From Marinicella sp. (GTDB taxonomy: Bacteria > Pseudomonadota > Gammaproteobacteria > Xanthomonadales > Marinicellaceae), in the NCBI GenBank assembly GCA_965230295.1, contig OZ246001.1, positions 1,920,001-1,984,000 of the forward strand: a stretch of DNA of 64,000 bases, given 5' to 3'. Below, one piece after another: positions 47,159 to 58,115 of the stretch. Positions within the stretch are counted from its first letter, which is position 1. Every line of letters starts with the position of its first letter. A program made the position numbers and the translations under genes. The notes under the pieces are model-generated. The model had not been told where the DNA came from. It ran no database searches and saw only the letters and a list, made by a program, of their open reading frames with translations.

Positions 47159-47689
47159 ATGAACAAGAAGATCTTGACCACATTATTGCTGCTTGTAACC
47201 TGTCTGTTCGCATTGGATGCCAGCGCCATGAGTTTTAAGCTGCCCAAACCCGCTGATTTTGGACCTGAGTGGCAAGGAGGTACGGGTGTGGTGATTGAAG
47301 ACATGAGTAACCCGCCGGCATTTTTTGTTCAATCGATGGGGCAGGTGATTGAACAATACCAATCCATGGGGGTGATCAGTATGGCCAATCTGGCCTACCG
47401 GAAGCAAGCCAATGTGATGCATCAGGTTGAACTCAAAATTTTTGAATTTGATTCGGTTAAAAATGCAGTGCTGTGGAAAAAGAAAAAATACGGCCATGAC
47501 AATTGGCAGCAACATTACACCAGCACCAAAAAAGACGCGATAACCATCTTCGACAGCCTTGAAGCCAACAAACGCATTGTGTTTTATCAAAATTACTGGG
47601 TCACTGCATCGGTTTTGAATGGTGAAGATGATCATCTGTTGTTCCTGGATCATGTGATCAAATTGATTCGCACCCGCCATGAAAATTAA
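47159..47689 (+). CDS. Secreted hypothetical protein
   Basis: Signal peptide ending ASA; 176 aa. Confidence 0.7.
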   Translation: MNKKILTTLLLLVTCLFALDASAMSFKLPKPADFGPEWQGGTGVVIEDMSNPPAFFVQSMGQVIEQYQSMGVISMANLAYRKQANVMHQVELKIFEFDSVKNAVLWKKKKYGHDNWQQHYTSTKKDAITIFDSLEANKRIVFYQNYWVTASVLNGEDDHLLFLDHVIKLIRTRHEN

Positions 47690-47948
47690 AGACATCAAAA
47701 CTGAATTAGGTAATCAAATCATAGATGACCTGCTCAAAGATGGTTGGAAGAAAGTCAAAGAGTACAGTCTGCTCGCCTTTGATAAAGGCATTGATTATGA
47801 CAGTTACACCTTGAAAAAGGGATGGTCAAAGTTGAAGTTTGTGTGGGACAATTGGTTCGAGTGGGAAATTAATGGATCTGCCAAGGACATCAATGCATTG
47901 ATTGATCGTTACCAGTTAATGACCAAACACGAGCAAGGATCTTTATGA
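47679..47948 (+). CDS. Hypothetical protein
   Basis: 89-aa ORF overlapping the previous stop, with DKGIDYDSY…FVWDNWFEWEI. Confidence 0.65.
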   Translation: MKIKDIKTELGNQIIDDLLKDGWKKVKEYSLLAFDKGIDYDSYTLKKGWSKLKFVWDNWFEWEINGSAKDINALIDRYQLMTKHEQGSL

Positions 47949-47999
47949 GGATGGTGGTTAAGAAGTCATTCTTGATGATTACATTTAGAGGAGAAAATA

Positions 48000-48428
48000 A
48001 TGGCAAATCAAACCATGACTCGATTTGGTTATCCAGAGACATTGATTCGAAACTATGAACATTGGGTTGTGCTCTTGCGAGAACAACAGGTGACACTGGG
48101 TTCTTTGGTGTTGTGCGCCAAATCCGAGGTGACCGCATTTTCAGCACTTTCACCGAGTGCCTTCAATGAGATGGATCAGGTGATCAAAGACATTGAGCGG
48201 GTATTAAAAGCGGCATTTGACTATGACAAGATTAATTATCTGATGCTGATGATGGTTGATCCCAATGTGCATTTTCATGTCATACCGAGATATGCGGAGC
48301 CGCGCAGTGCTTGTGGGTTGACAGTGTCGGATGCGGGTTGGCCGATGGCGCCAGAGCTGGGTGTCGTCACAGCACTGTCGGCAGCAGAACGCGATGCCTT
48401 GCGTTCACATTTGGTTGAATTTTGGTGA
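48000..48428 (+). CDS. HIT family hydrolase
   Basis: QVTLGSLV, KINYLMLMMVD and VHFHVIPRY. RBS GAGGAG. Confidence 0.88.
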   Translation: MANQTMTRFGYPETLIRNYEHWVVLLREQQVTLGSLVLCAKSEVTAFSALSPSAFNEMDQVIKDIERVLKAAFDYDKINYLMLMMVDPNVHFHVIPRYAEPRSACGLTVSDAGWPMAPELGVVTALSAAERDALRSHLVEFW

Positions 48429-48603
48429 ACACACTCGAAACAAGCGTCATGACCCGGTTGTCCGAAAGGCCCCATACTGCTGTAGGCCGCATGGTGGATC
48501 AGAACTCAGTCCGAAAATAAGGTGTTTTTGTGATAATCTGTGGTCATAATCATCAATGTGCTCCAAAGACACCACGGGTGAATTGATGACATAGGAGAAA
48601 CAA

Positions 48604-49218
48604 GTGGAAGGTTATTTGCTGTTTGCCATTGTTGCTGTTGCAACCATATCAAGTCCTGGGCCTGGTGTGTTACTGACTTTAACCAATGCCATGCGATATG
48701 GTTTTTCTGGCGCCATTGGTGGTATTGTGGGCATCGCTTTTGGCACGTTGATCGTTGCGGGTATTGCTGCCACAAGTGTGGGTGTGATCCTGGCCACGTC
48801 ATCTGTTGCATTCACTGTCATTAAATACGTGGGTGCGGTCTATTTGATATTCCTGGGGGTCAAACTGTGGCGCTCGCCTGTCGCTGACGTGAATGCTGTC
48901 AAACCAAAAAACAGGGGCATTAAAACTCAGTTCGCAGAAGGTCTGATGATTCAATTAACCAACCCCAAAGCGGTTTTCTTTTTTATTTCTATTTTTCCAC
49001 AATTTGTTGATTATTCATCACAACAATACGTCGCCCAATTCATCTTGCTGGTGGTTACATACAGTGGCTTGAATTTAATCATACATTGTCTTTATGCCTA
49101 CCTGGCGAAGTCCGCTCGTGTTTGGTTGTCATCAGAACGAGGTGGTCGGCTGGTTAATCGGACCGGTGGCGGTGTATTCGTGTGTTTCGGGGTCGGCTTG
49201 GCATCAGCCAATAAATAA
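48604..49218 (+). CDS. LysE/RhtB family translocator
   Basis: SPGPG, KYVGAVYL and TNPKA…FPQF. GTG start with AGGAG RBS. Confidence 0.9.
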   Translation: MEGYLLFAIVAVATISSPGPGVLLTLTNAMRYGFSGAIGGIVGIAFGTLIVAGIAATSVGVILATSSVAFTVIKYVGAVYLIFLGVKLWRSPVADVNAVKPKNRGIKTQFAEGLMIQLTNPKAVFFFISIFPQFVDYSSQQYVAQFILLVVTYSGLNLIIHCLYAYLAKSARVWLSSERGGRLVNRTGGGVFVCFGVGLASANK

Positions 49219-49251
49219 AAGCCAGAGAGGAGTTGTTGGTATAACAGGTGT

Positions 49252-50271
49252 TCACAAACCCAATGCCGCTGCCCATTGTTGGTAAATGGCAGGTCCATTG
49301 AATTCATGGCGATAGCTTACTTCTGGTAATTCACGCTGCCATTGGGCCAGGGTCTTGGTGATTTGGTAGTTATCTTCGGCATTAATCAGGGCGTTGTTTG
49401 GGTGTAGGATTTCACGCGCAGCACCAATGTCATGTGCCATCACAGGTGTTCCCAGGGCGTTGGCTTCGGCATAAATCAGACCAAAGGTTTCAGCAAAGGT
49501 GTCTTGTGGGTAGAACACACACAAACTGGTTGCCAGGTGGTGTTTAACCTGATCGCCAGGTAAAGCACCCAAGTAATGGACATTCGGTATGTCTTGTCGA
49601 TGATCTTCTCGGTAACCTGGGTTAGCGACAAATAATTGCAAATCTTTCAGGTGGCGGTTGATTTGTTGAAAAGTCCTCAGGACCTGTTTTAAACCTTTAT
49701 TGGGTGCCGAGAGAAACAACAGTTTATTGGGATCTCGCTTGGCGGATACCGCATCGCCTAACCTTGATGGGATGGGGTTGTAGCAGGTTTTGATGGCCAC
49801 CGGTTTTTTAAATAAATTGTAAATGCGACCAATAAAACTGCGATTGAGAATTTTGTCACAATGTTCGGCATGGGTTTTTGAGTTGGTGATCAACTGCCAG
49901 GGACGTTTGGTGCGAATGCCGCGTTTGAACACATATTCCCAATTCTTGTAGGTGTGAATCCACAAATGGAGCTGTGCATCGGGGAATTGTTCCTGAAACA
50001 CCAACAGCTGTGGGAATTTCCTCAGTATGATGACGTGTTGAGGTGGTTCTTGTAAGTTATCAAGTTGTACAGGACCGATGAAATCAATGTTGTTCTGTCG
50101 GGTGGCCTGGGTCCGGCGTTGCTGAAAGATGGTGATGGTGTGGCCATTGTTTTTCAGGATGTGGGCGGTGCGCAAGAAGCTGGATTCGGTGCCGCCCATG
50201 GCATAGGTGGCTAAACTGACAAAATCATAAGGTTTGGGGTGTGAGGTGTCCGCTAATAGTATATGTGCCAT
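49252..50271 (-). CDS. GT-B glycosyltransferase (family 4-like)
   Basis: MGGTES, SAPNKGL and ETFGLIYAEANALGTPV. Confidence 0.85.
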   Translation of the reverse strand: MAHILLADTSHPKPYDFVSLATYAMGGTESSFLRTAHILKNNGHTITIFQQRRTQATRQNNIDFIGPVQLDNLQEPPQHVIILRKFPQLLVFQEQFPDAQLHLWIHTYKNWEYVFKRGIRTKRPWQLITNSKTHAEHCDKILNRSFIGRIYNLFKKPVAIKTCYNPIPSRLGDAVSAKRDPNKLLFLSAPNKGLKQVLRTFQQINRHLKDLQLFVANPGYREDHRQDIPNVHYLGALPGDQVKHHLATSLCVFYPQDTFAETFGLIYAEANALGTPVMAHDIGAAREILHPNNALINAEDNYQITKTLAQWQRELPEVSYRHEFNGPAIYQQWAAALGL

Positions 50272-50295
50272 CTCAATGTGTTCCGGTCAATTCAA

Positions 50296-50958
50296 TCAAT
50301 TGGCTTTACAGATCACTTCGTTTTGACTGATGTCTTGGTAAGTGTCTTTGAGGTCGGGCAGTGAATTCAACTGAGATTCTGTAACGCTGAAATCCAGCCA
50401 AAACTCTGGCCATTGTTCTATGCGTATTTCTTTATTGACGTTGAAACCTTTTTTCGACAATTCTGCGATGCGGCTATCGGCATTATAGGGTTCACGGTAC
50501 AGGCCCAGAGAGATGGAGTTCTCATTGTCTCCAGAAGTGACCACATAATAGTCTTTGACAAAAGCCGCGGCCAACTCACGGCCTTTTTTCAATGCTTCAG
50601 CGCGGCTGGCCAAGGCCGGAAGATAGACCCAGTAGCCTGCTTCCTGTGTCGTGGTGATCTTGCGGATGTTGGTTTTTAATACCACCTGTTCCAAAGACTC
50701 TTTGGCAGCATGTACGTTGGCTTCTACATCGAAAGGACCCGCTGAATAACACATCTGCTGAATGTTGGTGTTAAGAGAAGTGGTGGTGTCGATGTTATTG
50801 GCAAGGTTTTTTTCAGGTTCAGCTTCCGCAATCAAAGCCAGTTTGGTGACTCCTTCATCGACCACTTTGAAGGTGCTTTTAGGCTGCGGAGACAAGCGTT
50901 TGGCCCACACAAAAAAGGCAACGTTAGCCAATAAAAATATGATGAACAAATATCGCAT
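50296..50958 (-). CDS. SPOR-domain protein
   Basis: LLANVAFF anchor, CYSAGPF, YWVYLP and NSISLGLY; lies downstream of birA. Confidence 0.8.
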   Translation of the reverse strand: MRYLFIIFLLANVAFFVWAKRLSPQPKSTFKVVDEGVTKLALIAEAEPEKNLANNIDTTTSLNTNIQQMCYSAGPFDVEANVHAAKESLEQVVLKTNIRKITTTQEAGYWVYLPALASRAEALKKGRELAAAFVKDYYVVTSGDNENSISLGLYREPYNADSRIAELSKKGFNVNKEIRIEQWPEFWLDFSVTESQLNSLPDLKDTYQDISQNEVICKAN

Positions 50959-50999
50959 GTAGATAAAATCAGCCTAAGTGGATAGTAACCAGCTGTGAA

Positions 51000-51752
51000 T
51001 TATAAGGCCTTGACGCTGACTTCGCCACTGGAGAAATGTTTGATTCCCAGATCGGTCTGCATCATCAATTCACCTCGGTTTGAAATACCGAGGTACTGGC
51101 CAGTTTGGTTCAGATTGACACCGGTGAGGTGAATGTTTTGACCTTTTAAGTAATCATGCTGTTGCCACTGTTGAAGGCAGTTGACTAAACCATTGGCTAT
51201 GAAGTCTTGGTTCAGTGCATACAAATGTGTCATTAATATACAGATGTATTCAGTGCGACCAGGTAAGGGATCTAAAGGCACGTTACACACTGGCTGATCG
51301 ACTTGATGGAGGTGTTTTTGGGTGAGCTGCCAGTTGATGCCGATCCCCACAATCACTTCTGTGGTTTGCTGTTGCGGCATTAAATTAATCAAGATCCCTG
51401 CAAACTTTTTTCCCTGGTGGTACACATCATTGGGCCATTTCAACTGGACTGAGGCCGCAGCATCAAAATGTTTGATGCTGTTGGTGATGGCCATAGCAAC
51501 CATCATTTGGTAACCGGCCATGTGCTCCAGTGCCATAGGCAGGATAAATCGATGGGACAAACAGATCGACTTTCCTTTGGGTGTTAGCCATTGGTTGCCA
51601 CGTCGACCAACGCCAGCCGTTTGGTGGTCTGCCACCAGCAAGCTGTTCGGTTTGACAGCATCTTGAGTGGAGGGCGTACTTTCAACATAGGTACAGTTGA
51701 TATCCGGCCAGGCAGCCTGGATGGCGTTGATGTCAATGTTCATGTCAGTCAC
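51000..51752 (-). CDS. birA: Biotin--acetyl-CoA-carboxylase ligase, lacking the N-terminal HTH
   Basis: QTAGVGRRG, LKWPND, KKFAGIL, GIGIN and GEVS. Confidence 0.9.
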   Translation of the reverse strand: MTDMNIDINAIQAAWPDINCTYVESTPSTQDAVKPNSLLVADHQTAGVGRRGNQWLTPKGKSICLSHRFILPMALEHMAGYQMMVAMAITNSIKHFDAAASVQLKWPNDVYHQGKKFAGILINLMPQQQTTEVIVGIGINWQLTQKHLHQVDQPVCNVPLDPLPGRTEYICILMTHLYALNQDFIANGLVNCLQQWQQHDYLKGQNIHLTGVNLNQTGQYLGISNRGELMMQTDLGIKHFSSGEVSVKAL

Positions 51753-51760
51753 GGTATTAA

Positions 51761-52411
51761 CTACAGTGACAAAATAAAGCGTTTGATGTCTTCCAGCTCG
51801 TCCATCGACACCCCATGCTGTAAGGGGTATTCATGCCAGCTGACTTGATAACCAGCTTGTTTAAGGTTTTTAAAAGAACTTTCGCCCAGTTCATAAGGTA
51901 CCACTGGATCATAAGTGCCATGTCCCATAAACATGGGCGTTTCAAGGTTGTTCCCGGACTGTTCATCGGTGAGTTTTTCCGAAATGGGTAAATAACAACT
52001 TAAGGCAACGATGCCAGCAAACCGATGTTGAGATCTGGTAGAAGTATGTAAGGAAATGGCACCACCTTGTGAAAAGCCTGCCAGTACAATTTGTTCGGCT
52101 TTGAAGCCGGCTTTGATTTGTGCCTCAATCAATTCGAGGACGCTGGCTTCTGATTTTCTGATGCCAGCTTCATCGGGCATTTTTCCAATGTCCATCATTT
52201 TGATGTCGTACCAGGACCGCATTTCCATGCCGCCATTGATGGTCACAGGTTGTATCGGTGCGTGCGGAAATATGAACTGAATGTCTTTTTCGGGATTTTT
52301 GAACATGGGTACCACAGGTTCAAAATCGTGACCATCTGCGCCCAATCCATGCAACCAAATGACCAAAAGTTGAGGATTTTCACCTGTTTTGCGGGTAATG
52401 AATTCTAACAT
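51761..52411 (-). CDS. Phospholipase/carboxylesterase (alpha/beta hydrolase)
   Basis: WLHGLGADG, FIFPHAP, WYDI, GFSQGG and HGTYDPVV. Confidence 0.92.
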   Translation of the reverse strand: MLEFITRKTGENPQLLVIWLHGLGADGHDFEPVVPMFKNPEKDIQFIFPHAPIQPVTINGGMEMRSWYDIKMMDIGKMPDEAGIRKSEASVLELIEAQIKAGFKAEQIVLAGFSQGGAISLHTSTRSQHRFAGIVALSCYLPISEKLTDEQSGNNLETPMFMGHGTYDPVVPYELGESSFKNLKQAGYQVSWHEYPLQHGVSMDELEDIKRFILSL

Positions 52412-52496
52412 AGGGCTTGTGACTTGTTATCCAATTAAAAGCGTTCTATTATAGCGCCAATAAAGCGTAAAACACGATAAGACCATAACAATCATC

Positions 52497-52709
52497 ATGA
52501 ACAATATACAGACCTGTAAAACCAAGGTAAGCAACAAGCATAAACGAACCACCTTCGAAGGCAGACCATGGGTTCTTCTGGTGATGATGACTTGTTTATT
52601 TGGCCTGAGTGCATGTGGCAACAAAGGTGACCTCTACCTGCCTAATGAAACAGCTACCGAAGAGGCCACGGAACAAGATCTGGAAAACCCCGAGCAAGCG
52701 ATTGAGTAA
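52497..52709 (+). CDS. lptM: Small lipoprotein LptM (YifL-like); start uncertain
   Basis: Lipobox LSAC followed by GNKGDLYLP, upstream of dapF. Confidence 0.8.
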   Translation: MNNIQTCKTKVSNKHKRTTFEGRPWVLLVMMTCLFGLSACGNKGDLYLPNETATEEATEQDLENPEQAIE

Positions 52710-53478
52710 AGCATTAAATTTCGAAAAATTACATGGATTAGGCAATGATTTTATGTTGCTGGATTGTCGTGCGGAACCGTTGTACATTTCAGCGATGCAA
52801 ATTGCTGAGTGGGCCAATCGACGCACAGGAGTGGGTTTTGATCAATTGATTATTATTGGCACCCAAGGAGACGACCTCACTTACCGGTTTTTTAATGCCG
52901 ATGGTGGAGAACCTGAGCAGTGCGGCAATGGACAGCGAGCGATTGCGCACTATTTACACCGTCAAGGTGTGTCTGTAGACAATTTGTGCCTGGTGGGCTT
53001 GGGCGGAGAAGTTCATTTGACATACAAAGATGAAGACCACATCTCTGTCACTTTTGATCAAGCCGTCAAATTTCGAGAGCAAGTGATTGCTGGTGTCGAC
53101 GGGTATTTTGTTGACATTGGGAACCCGCATTGGGTCTATCATGAACCTGAACTGACGGTCAAGGATTTGGAGCCATTCAGTCACATCGTGGCCAATCAAT
53201 TTCAATCCGGGGTCAATTTTGAAGCGATCAAAAAAATTGACGACCACCACATTCAGTTGCGAGTGATTGAGCGGGGAGTGGGCGAGACACAAGCCTGTGG
53301 CAGTGGTGCTTGTGCAGCGGCCATTGCCAGTGCCACCTTGTTGGGCACCACCACACCTTTGACTGTATCCATGCTGGGTGGTGATGTTAAAGTCAGTTAT
53401 GATTTGGCCTGTGATAAAATCACCCTGACCGGACCTGCGCGAACATGTTACCAAGGCCAAATAGATTTGCCTGAATGA
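52702..53478 (+). CDS. dapF: Diaminopimelate epimerase
   Basis: FEKLHGLGNDF, GVGFDQ, EQCGNG, GNPH and ERGVGETQACGSGAC. Probable TTG start at 52702. Confidence 0.93.
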   Translation: MSKALNFEKLHGLGNDFMLLDCRAEPLYISAMQIAEWANRRTGVGFDQLIIIGTQGDDLTYRFFNADGGEPEQCGNGQRAIAHYLHRQGVSVDNLCLVGLGGEVHLTYKDEDHISVTFDQAVKFREQVIAGVDGYFVDIGNPHWVYHEPELTVKDLEPFSHIVANQFQSGVNFEAIKKIDDHHIQLRVIERGVGETQACGSGACAAAIASATLLGTTTPLTVSMLGGDVKVSYDLACDKITLTGPARTCYQGQIDLPE

Positions 53479-53490
53479 AACCAATAAATT

Positions 53491-54180
53491 ATGAGTGATG
53501 ATCTAAAAATCCAAAAAGCGATTAAAAATTACCTGTTAAAAAACCCGTCTTTTTTTACCCAACATTCAGAATTGATGGCCGAACTTGAGGTGGTTACGCC
53601 CTCAGGTGAATTGACTGATTTCACCACCCACCAATTGCGCACTTTGCAAAAAGACAATCAAAAGCTGAAAAGCCAAATCGCTCAACTCATCAAAAACGCC
53701 CAACAAAGTGAATCTTTGATGGACCGTTTGTTCAACCTGCTGACCGAGCTTTCGGTGGTTAAGCAAAGTGAGTTTTTGCCAGAGTTTGTGGCTTTTGTTG
53801 CAGAGAACTTCACCAGTGATTATTTCAAGCTGCTGGTAGCGGAAGGTTTGACTGAATTGCCCGACAGTGCATTGTTAGACACTTTGACGGCCGCTCAGAT
53901 CACTCAGTTTTCTGTGTTTCAGGCCAAATCAGAACCCCTTTCTGGGCGATTGAAACAAGAGAAGATTCAAAGCATTTTCCCGCAAGTCGATGACATCAAG
54001 TCTGCCGTGGTGTTGCCGGTGGGAACACATGCTGAATATGGTTTGATGGCATTTGCCAGTCGGGATGAAGAAAAGTTTCACCCCAACCTGGCCAGTGACT
54101 TGTTACAAAAGCTGTGCCAAATATTGAACACCTATTTTTCTCAACTGCAGCCACAAGATGAAAATCAAGCCATGTCTTGA
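53491..54180 (+). CDS. DUF484 (YigA-like) protein
   Basis: YLLKNPSFF and GLMAFASRDEEKF; lies between dapF and xerC. Confidence 0.85.
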   Translation: MSDDLKIQKAIKNYLLKNPSFFTQHSELMAELEVVTPSGELTDFTTHQLRTLQKDNQKLKSQIAQLIKNAQQSESLMDRLFNLLTELSVVKQSEFLPEFVAFVAENFTSDYFKLLVAEGLTELPDSALLDTLTAAQITQFSVFQAKSEPLSGRLKQEKIQSIFPQVDDIKSAVVLPVGTHAEYGLMAFASRDEEKFHPNLASDLLQKLCQILNTYFSQLQPQDENQAMS

Positions 54181-55069
54181 TGCTTATTTAGATCATTTGG
54201 CATCACATCGACAGCTGTCACCGAAGACCGTAGAGGCCAATCACCGTGATCTGAATCATTTCCTATGTTCACTGACTGCAGACAAAGCCAACAGCCTCAA
54301 AACCATCAAAGACACAGACATCCGGACCTATTTAATGCGGCGTGCCGCTGAGGGTGCGGCTCCTAAATCCCTGGCCCGTTACCGTTCACATTTGAAAAAC
54401 TTTTTTGCCTATTGCCACGAGCGTTATCCCCAGTTGGTGTCTAACAATCCAGTTGAATTGGTCAGCACACCAAAAATCAGGCGCAGTTTGCCAGAAGTGC
54501 TGGATGTCGATACCTTGTTTAAATTGCTAGACATTCCGGCCACCACAGAGATCGCGATCCGCGACAAAGCATTGTTGGAATTGTTTTACTCATCAGGATT
54601 GAGGTTGTCAGAACTGGCCAATTTACAATGGCATGATTTAGACCTGGAACAAGGGATGGTACGGGTGTTGGGCAAGGGCAGTAAGGAGCGCATGGTGCCT
54701 TTGGGTAAAATGGCCAAAGCCGCTTTACTACAATGGTACCCCATATCATTGTTATGGAATCAAAGCCAGACACCTCATGTGTTTATCAGTAAAAGGGGTG
54801 CCCAATTAAAAAATCGCAGCATCCAGGCCAGGGTCAAACATTGGGCCCAACAACAAGGCTTGTGGGAACGGATTTATCCTCACTTGTTACGTCATTCTTT
54901 CGCGTCCCACATGTTGGAGTCGTCCGGTGATCTTCGAGCCGTTCAAGAGATGTTGGGGCATGCCGATCTGTCAACCACTCAAATTTATACCCATTTGAAT
55001 TTTCAACACCTCGCCAAAGTTTATGATCAGGCTCACCCGCGAGCCAAAAAGAAAAAAACTGATGTTTGA
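54158..55069 (+). CDS. xerC: Tyrosine recombinase XerC
   Basis: ELFYSSGLRLSEL, GKGSKER, PHLLRHSFASH and LGHADLSTTQIYTH, in the dapF-yigA-xerC context. Confidence 0.95.
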   Translation: MKIKPCLDAYLDHLASHRQLSPKTVEANHRDLNHFLCSLTADKANSLKTIKDTDIRTYLMRRAAEGAAPKSLARYRSHLKNFFAYCHERYPQLVSNNPVELVSTPKIRRSLPEVLDVDTLFKLLDIPATTEIAIRDKALLELFYSSGLRLSELANLQWHDLDLEQGMVRVLGKGSKERMVPLGKMAKAALLQWYPISLLWNQSQTPHVFISKRGAQLKNRSIQARVKHWAQQQGLWERIYPHLLRHSFASHMLESSGDLRAVQEMLGHADLSTTQIYTHLNFQHLAKVYDQAHPRAKKKKTDV

Positions 55070-55231
55070 GCCAAATGGATGTTGTCAGAATGACTGGTAG
55101 CCCCCACATATATCAAGAGGATTCATACGAAAGTTATGGGTATAAACCCACCGATATAATTTTGTTAACAGGGTGTTAAATGACCATCGATTGTGTTCTT
55201 CGAAAACACCGGTATTTTTGCCCTAAAATCG

Positions 55232-55260
55232 TTGCTTTGCTAAGGTTTAACCATTATAAT
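55232..55260 (+). promoter_or_regulatory. Sigma70 promoter of the atp operon
   Basis: TTGCTT-N17-TATAAT. Confidence 0.6.
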
Positions 55261-55334
55261 GCACCCGCTTTTAGTTGAGGCAATCTGATTGACTCGTTTT
55301 TTCAATTCAATTTGAGATTGACTCCAAGCCAACA

Positions 55335-55712
55335 ATGACCGAACAACTGACCTTGAAAGAGGTGAAGAAAACCGTAGTTAAAATACCCATATATCAAGTT
55401 TTGATTGGTGTTCTGATTGCCACTGTTTTTTACTTTTTTAAGGATGGATCAGCTGCTTTTTCAGCCGGTTCTGGCGCTTTGATCAGTGCCCTGGGTTCAT
55501 TGGCATTTGCCCTCATCGTTATCTGGCCTTTTGGTAACACTGAGTCATTGGTTGGCAGAATGTTTAAAGGCGAAATCATGAAATTTGTGGTTATTGGTTT
55601 GTTGTTTTATGTAGCAATCACCAATTTCTCGTTCCAATTGATGCCTTTATTGATTGGATTTATTGCCACCTTGTTAGCGTTTTGGGTGGCTTTGTTAACA
55701 TCTTTTAAGTGA
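55335..55712 (+). CDS. atpI: ATP synthase protein I
   Basis: Four-TM protein with GEIMKF, first gene of the atp operon. Confidence 0.85.
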   Translation: MTEQLTLKEVKKTVVKIPIYQVLIGVLIATVFYFFKDGSAAFSAGSGALISALGSLAFALIVIWPFGNTESLVGRMFKGEIMKFVVIGLLFYVAITNFSFQLMPLLIGFIATLLAFWVALLTSFK

Positions 55713-55718
55713 GAGTAA

Positions 55719-56588
<870 letters not shown>

Positions 56589-56612
56589 CTTTTTAAAACT
56601 TTAATTATTTAA

Positions 56613-56912
<300 letters not shown>

Positions 56913-56951
56913 TTCTAGGCACTTTCAAACAGATTAAGGCGGAGTACAAAC

Positions 56952-57422
56952 ATGAATATTAATGCAACTCTAATCATTCAAGCACTTGTGTTCTTTGTTG
57001 TGATTATCATCACCATGAAGTACATCTGGCCGCAAATCTTGGGCGCCATGGAAGAGCGTGAGAAAAAGATTGCTGACGGTTTAGCCGCCGGTGATCGTGC
57101 TGAAAAAGAATTGAACCAAGCCAAAGCCAAGGTTGAGACCTTGATTGTGGAAGCCAAAGAGCAAGCCAGTCACATCAAAGACCAGGCAACTCAAATGGCC
57201 ACCAAGATCAAAGACCAAGCCAAATCAGACGCCCTTGCTGAAAAAGAGCGTCAGTTGAATGCGGCCAAGGCTGAAATTGAACAAGAAGCGAATCGTGCCA
57301 AAGAAGCCTTGCGTCAGCAAGTGTCTGCTTTAGCCATTGCAGGTACTGAGCAACTGCTTTCAAAAGAAGTGGATGCCGGTAAACATGCCGATTTGTTGGA
57401 CGATTTAATTAAAGAGATCTGA
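56952..57422 (+). CDS. atpF: F0F1 ATP synthase subunit b
   Basis: MNINATL, KYIWP and KIADGL. Confidence 0.98.
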   Translation: MNINATLIIQALVFFVVIIITMKYIWPQILGAMEEREKKIADGLAAGDRAEKELNQAKAKVETLIVEAKEQASHIKDQATQMATKIKDQAKSDALAEKERQLNAAKAEIEQEANRAKEALRQQVSALAIAGTEQLLSKEVDAGKHADLLDDLIKEI

Positions 57423-57424
57423 AC

Positions 57425-57952
57425 ATGAGTGAATTAATCACATTAGCAAGACCCTATGCCAAAGCGGCATTTGAGTTCGCCAAAAGTGAGTCTGCTGTAG
57501 ACCAGTGGTCTAAAGACTTGTTGGTTGCTGCCGGATTAGCTCAAAACGAAGAGATTCTTAATTACTTCGGTCGCCCAGATGTTCTGGCCGACGATCTGGT
57601 TCAATTGGTGAGCGGTGATAACAACAGCGAACAATATAAAAACTTTGTTCGGTTGTTGATTGAGAATGACCGCTTGAGCTTGTTGCCAGAAGTGGCTGAG
57701 CTGTACCAATACTACAAAGAACAAGATTCACAGTCGCTGACTGTTGATGTCTATTCAGCCGTAGCATTGACAGCTGACCAACAACAAGCCATGACAGCAG
57801 CTCTCAGCAAGAGAACCGGAAAACAGATCAGCTTGCAAACGCACATCGATGAAAACATGATGGGCGGTGCCAGAATTCACTGTGGAGATTTGGTGATTGA
57901 TGGTACTTTACGCGGCAAAGTAGATCGCTTGAAGACACAACTTGGAGCATAG
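57425..57952 (+). CDS. atpH: F0F1 ATP synthase subunit delta
   Basis: TLARPYAKAAF and GDLVIDG. Confidence 0.98.
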   Translation: MSELITLARPYAKAAFEFAKSESAVDQWSKDLLVAAGLAQNEEILNYFGRPDVLADDLVQLVSGDNNSEQYKNFVRLLIENDRLSLLPEVAELYQYYKEQDSQSLTVDVYSAVALTADQQQAMTAALSKRTGKQISLQTHIDENMMGGARIHCGDLVIDGTLRGKVDRLKTQLGA

Positions 57953-57957
57953 CGACC

Positions 57958-58070
57958 CGATAAGTTGGTTGGTGAGCTTCGCGAATCAGAAGCTTATCGT
58001 TAGAACTAAAGTTTCGAGTGAAGTCGATTTTCACAACTTGATGTGAAAGCAGAGAAACGAGACACATTTA
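57958..58070. other. Structured element in the long atpH-atpA spacer
   Basis: A CGATAAG…CTTATCG stem encloses TTGGTTGGTGAGCTTCGCGAATCAG. A second hairpin is TTTCACA-ACTTGA-TGTGAAA. Confidence 0.55.
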
Positions 58071-58115
58071 TAACTAATTTAAGTCAGCAGACTTAAGAGA
58101 ATACGAGGAAATGCA

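Noticed and set aside
43860-49218. Run of short co-oriented genes as an active integron array
   Set aside because: GCCTAAC occurs at one stop (near 45512), but I found no matching GTTRRRY or attC-type palindromes between the genes, and there is no integrase.
54158-55069. Tyrosine recombinase as a possible integron or phage integrase
   Set aside because: It sits in the canonical dapF-DUF484-xerC context with a YTHLNFQHL C-terminus and no IntI-specific insertion, so it is housekeeping XerC.
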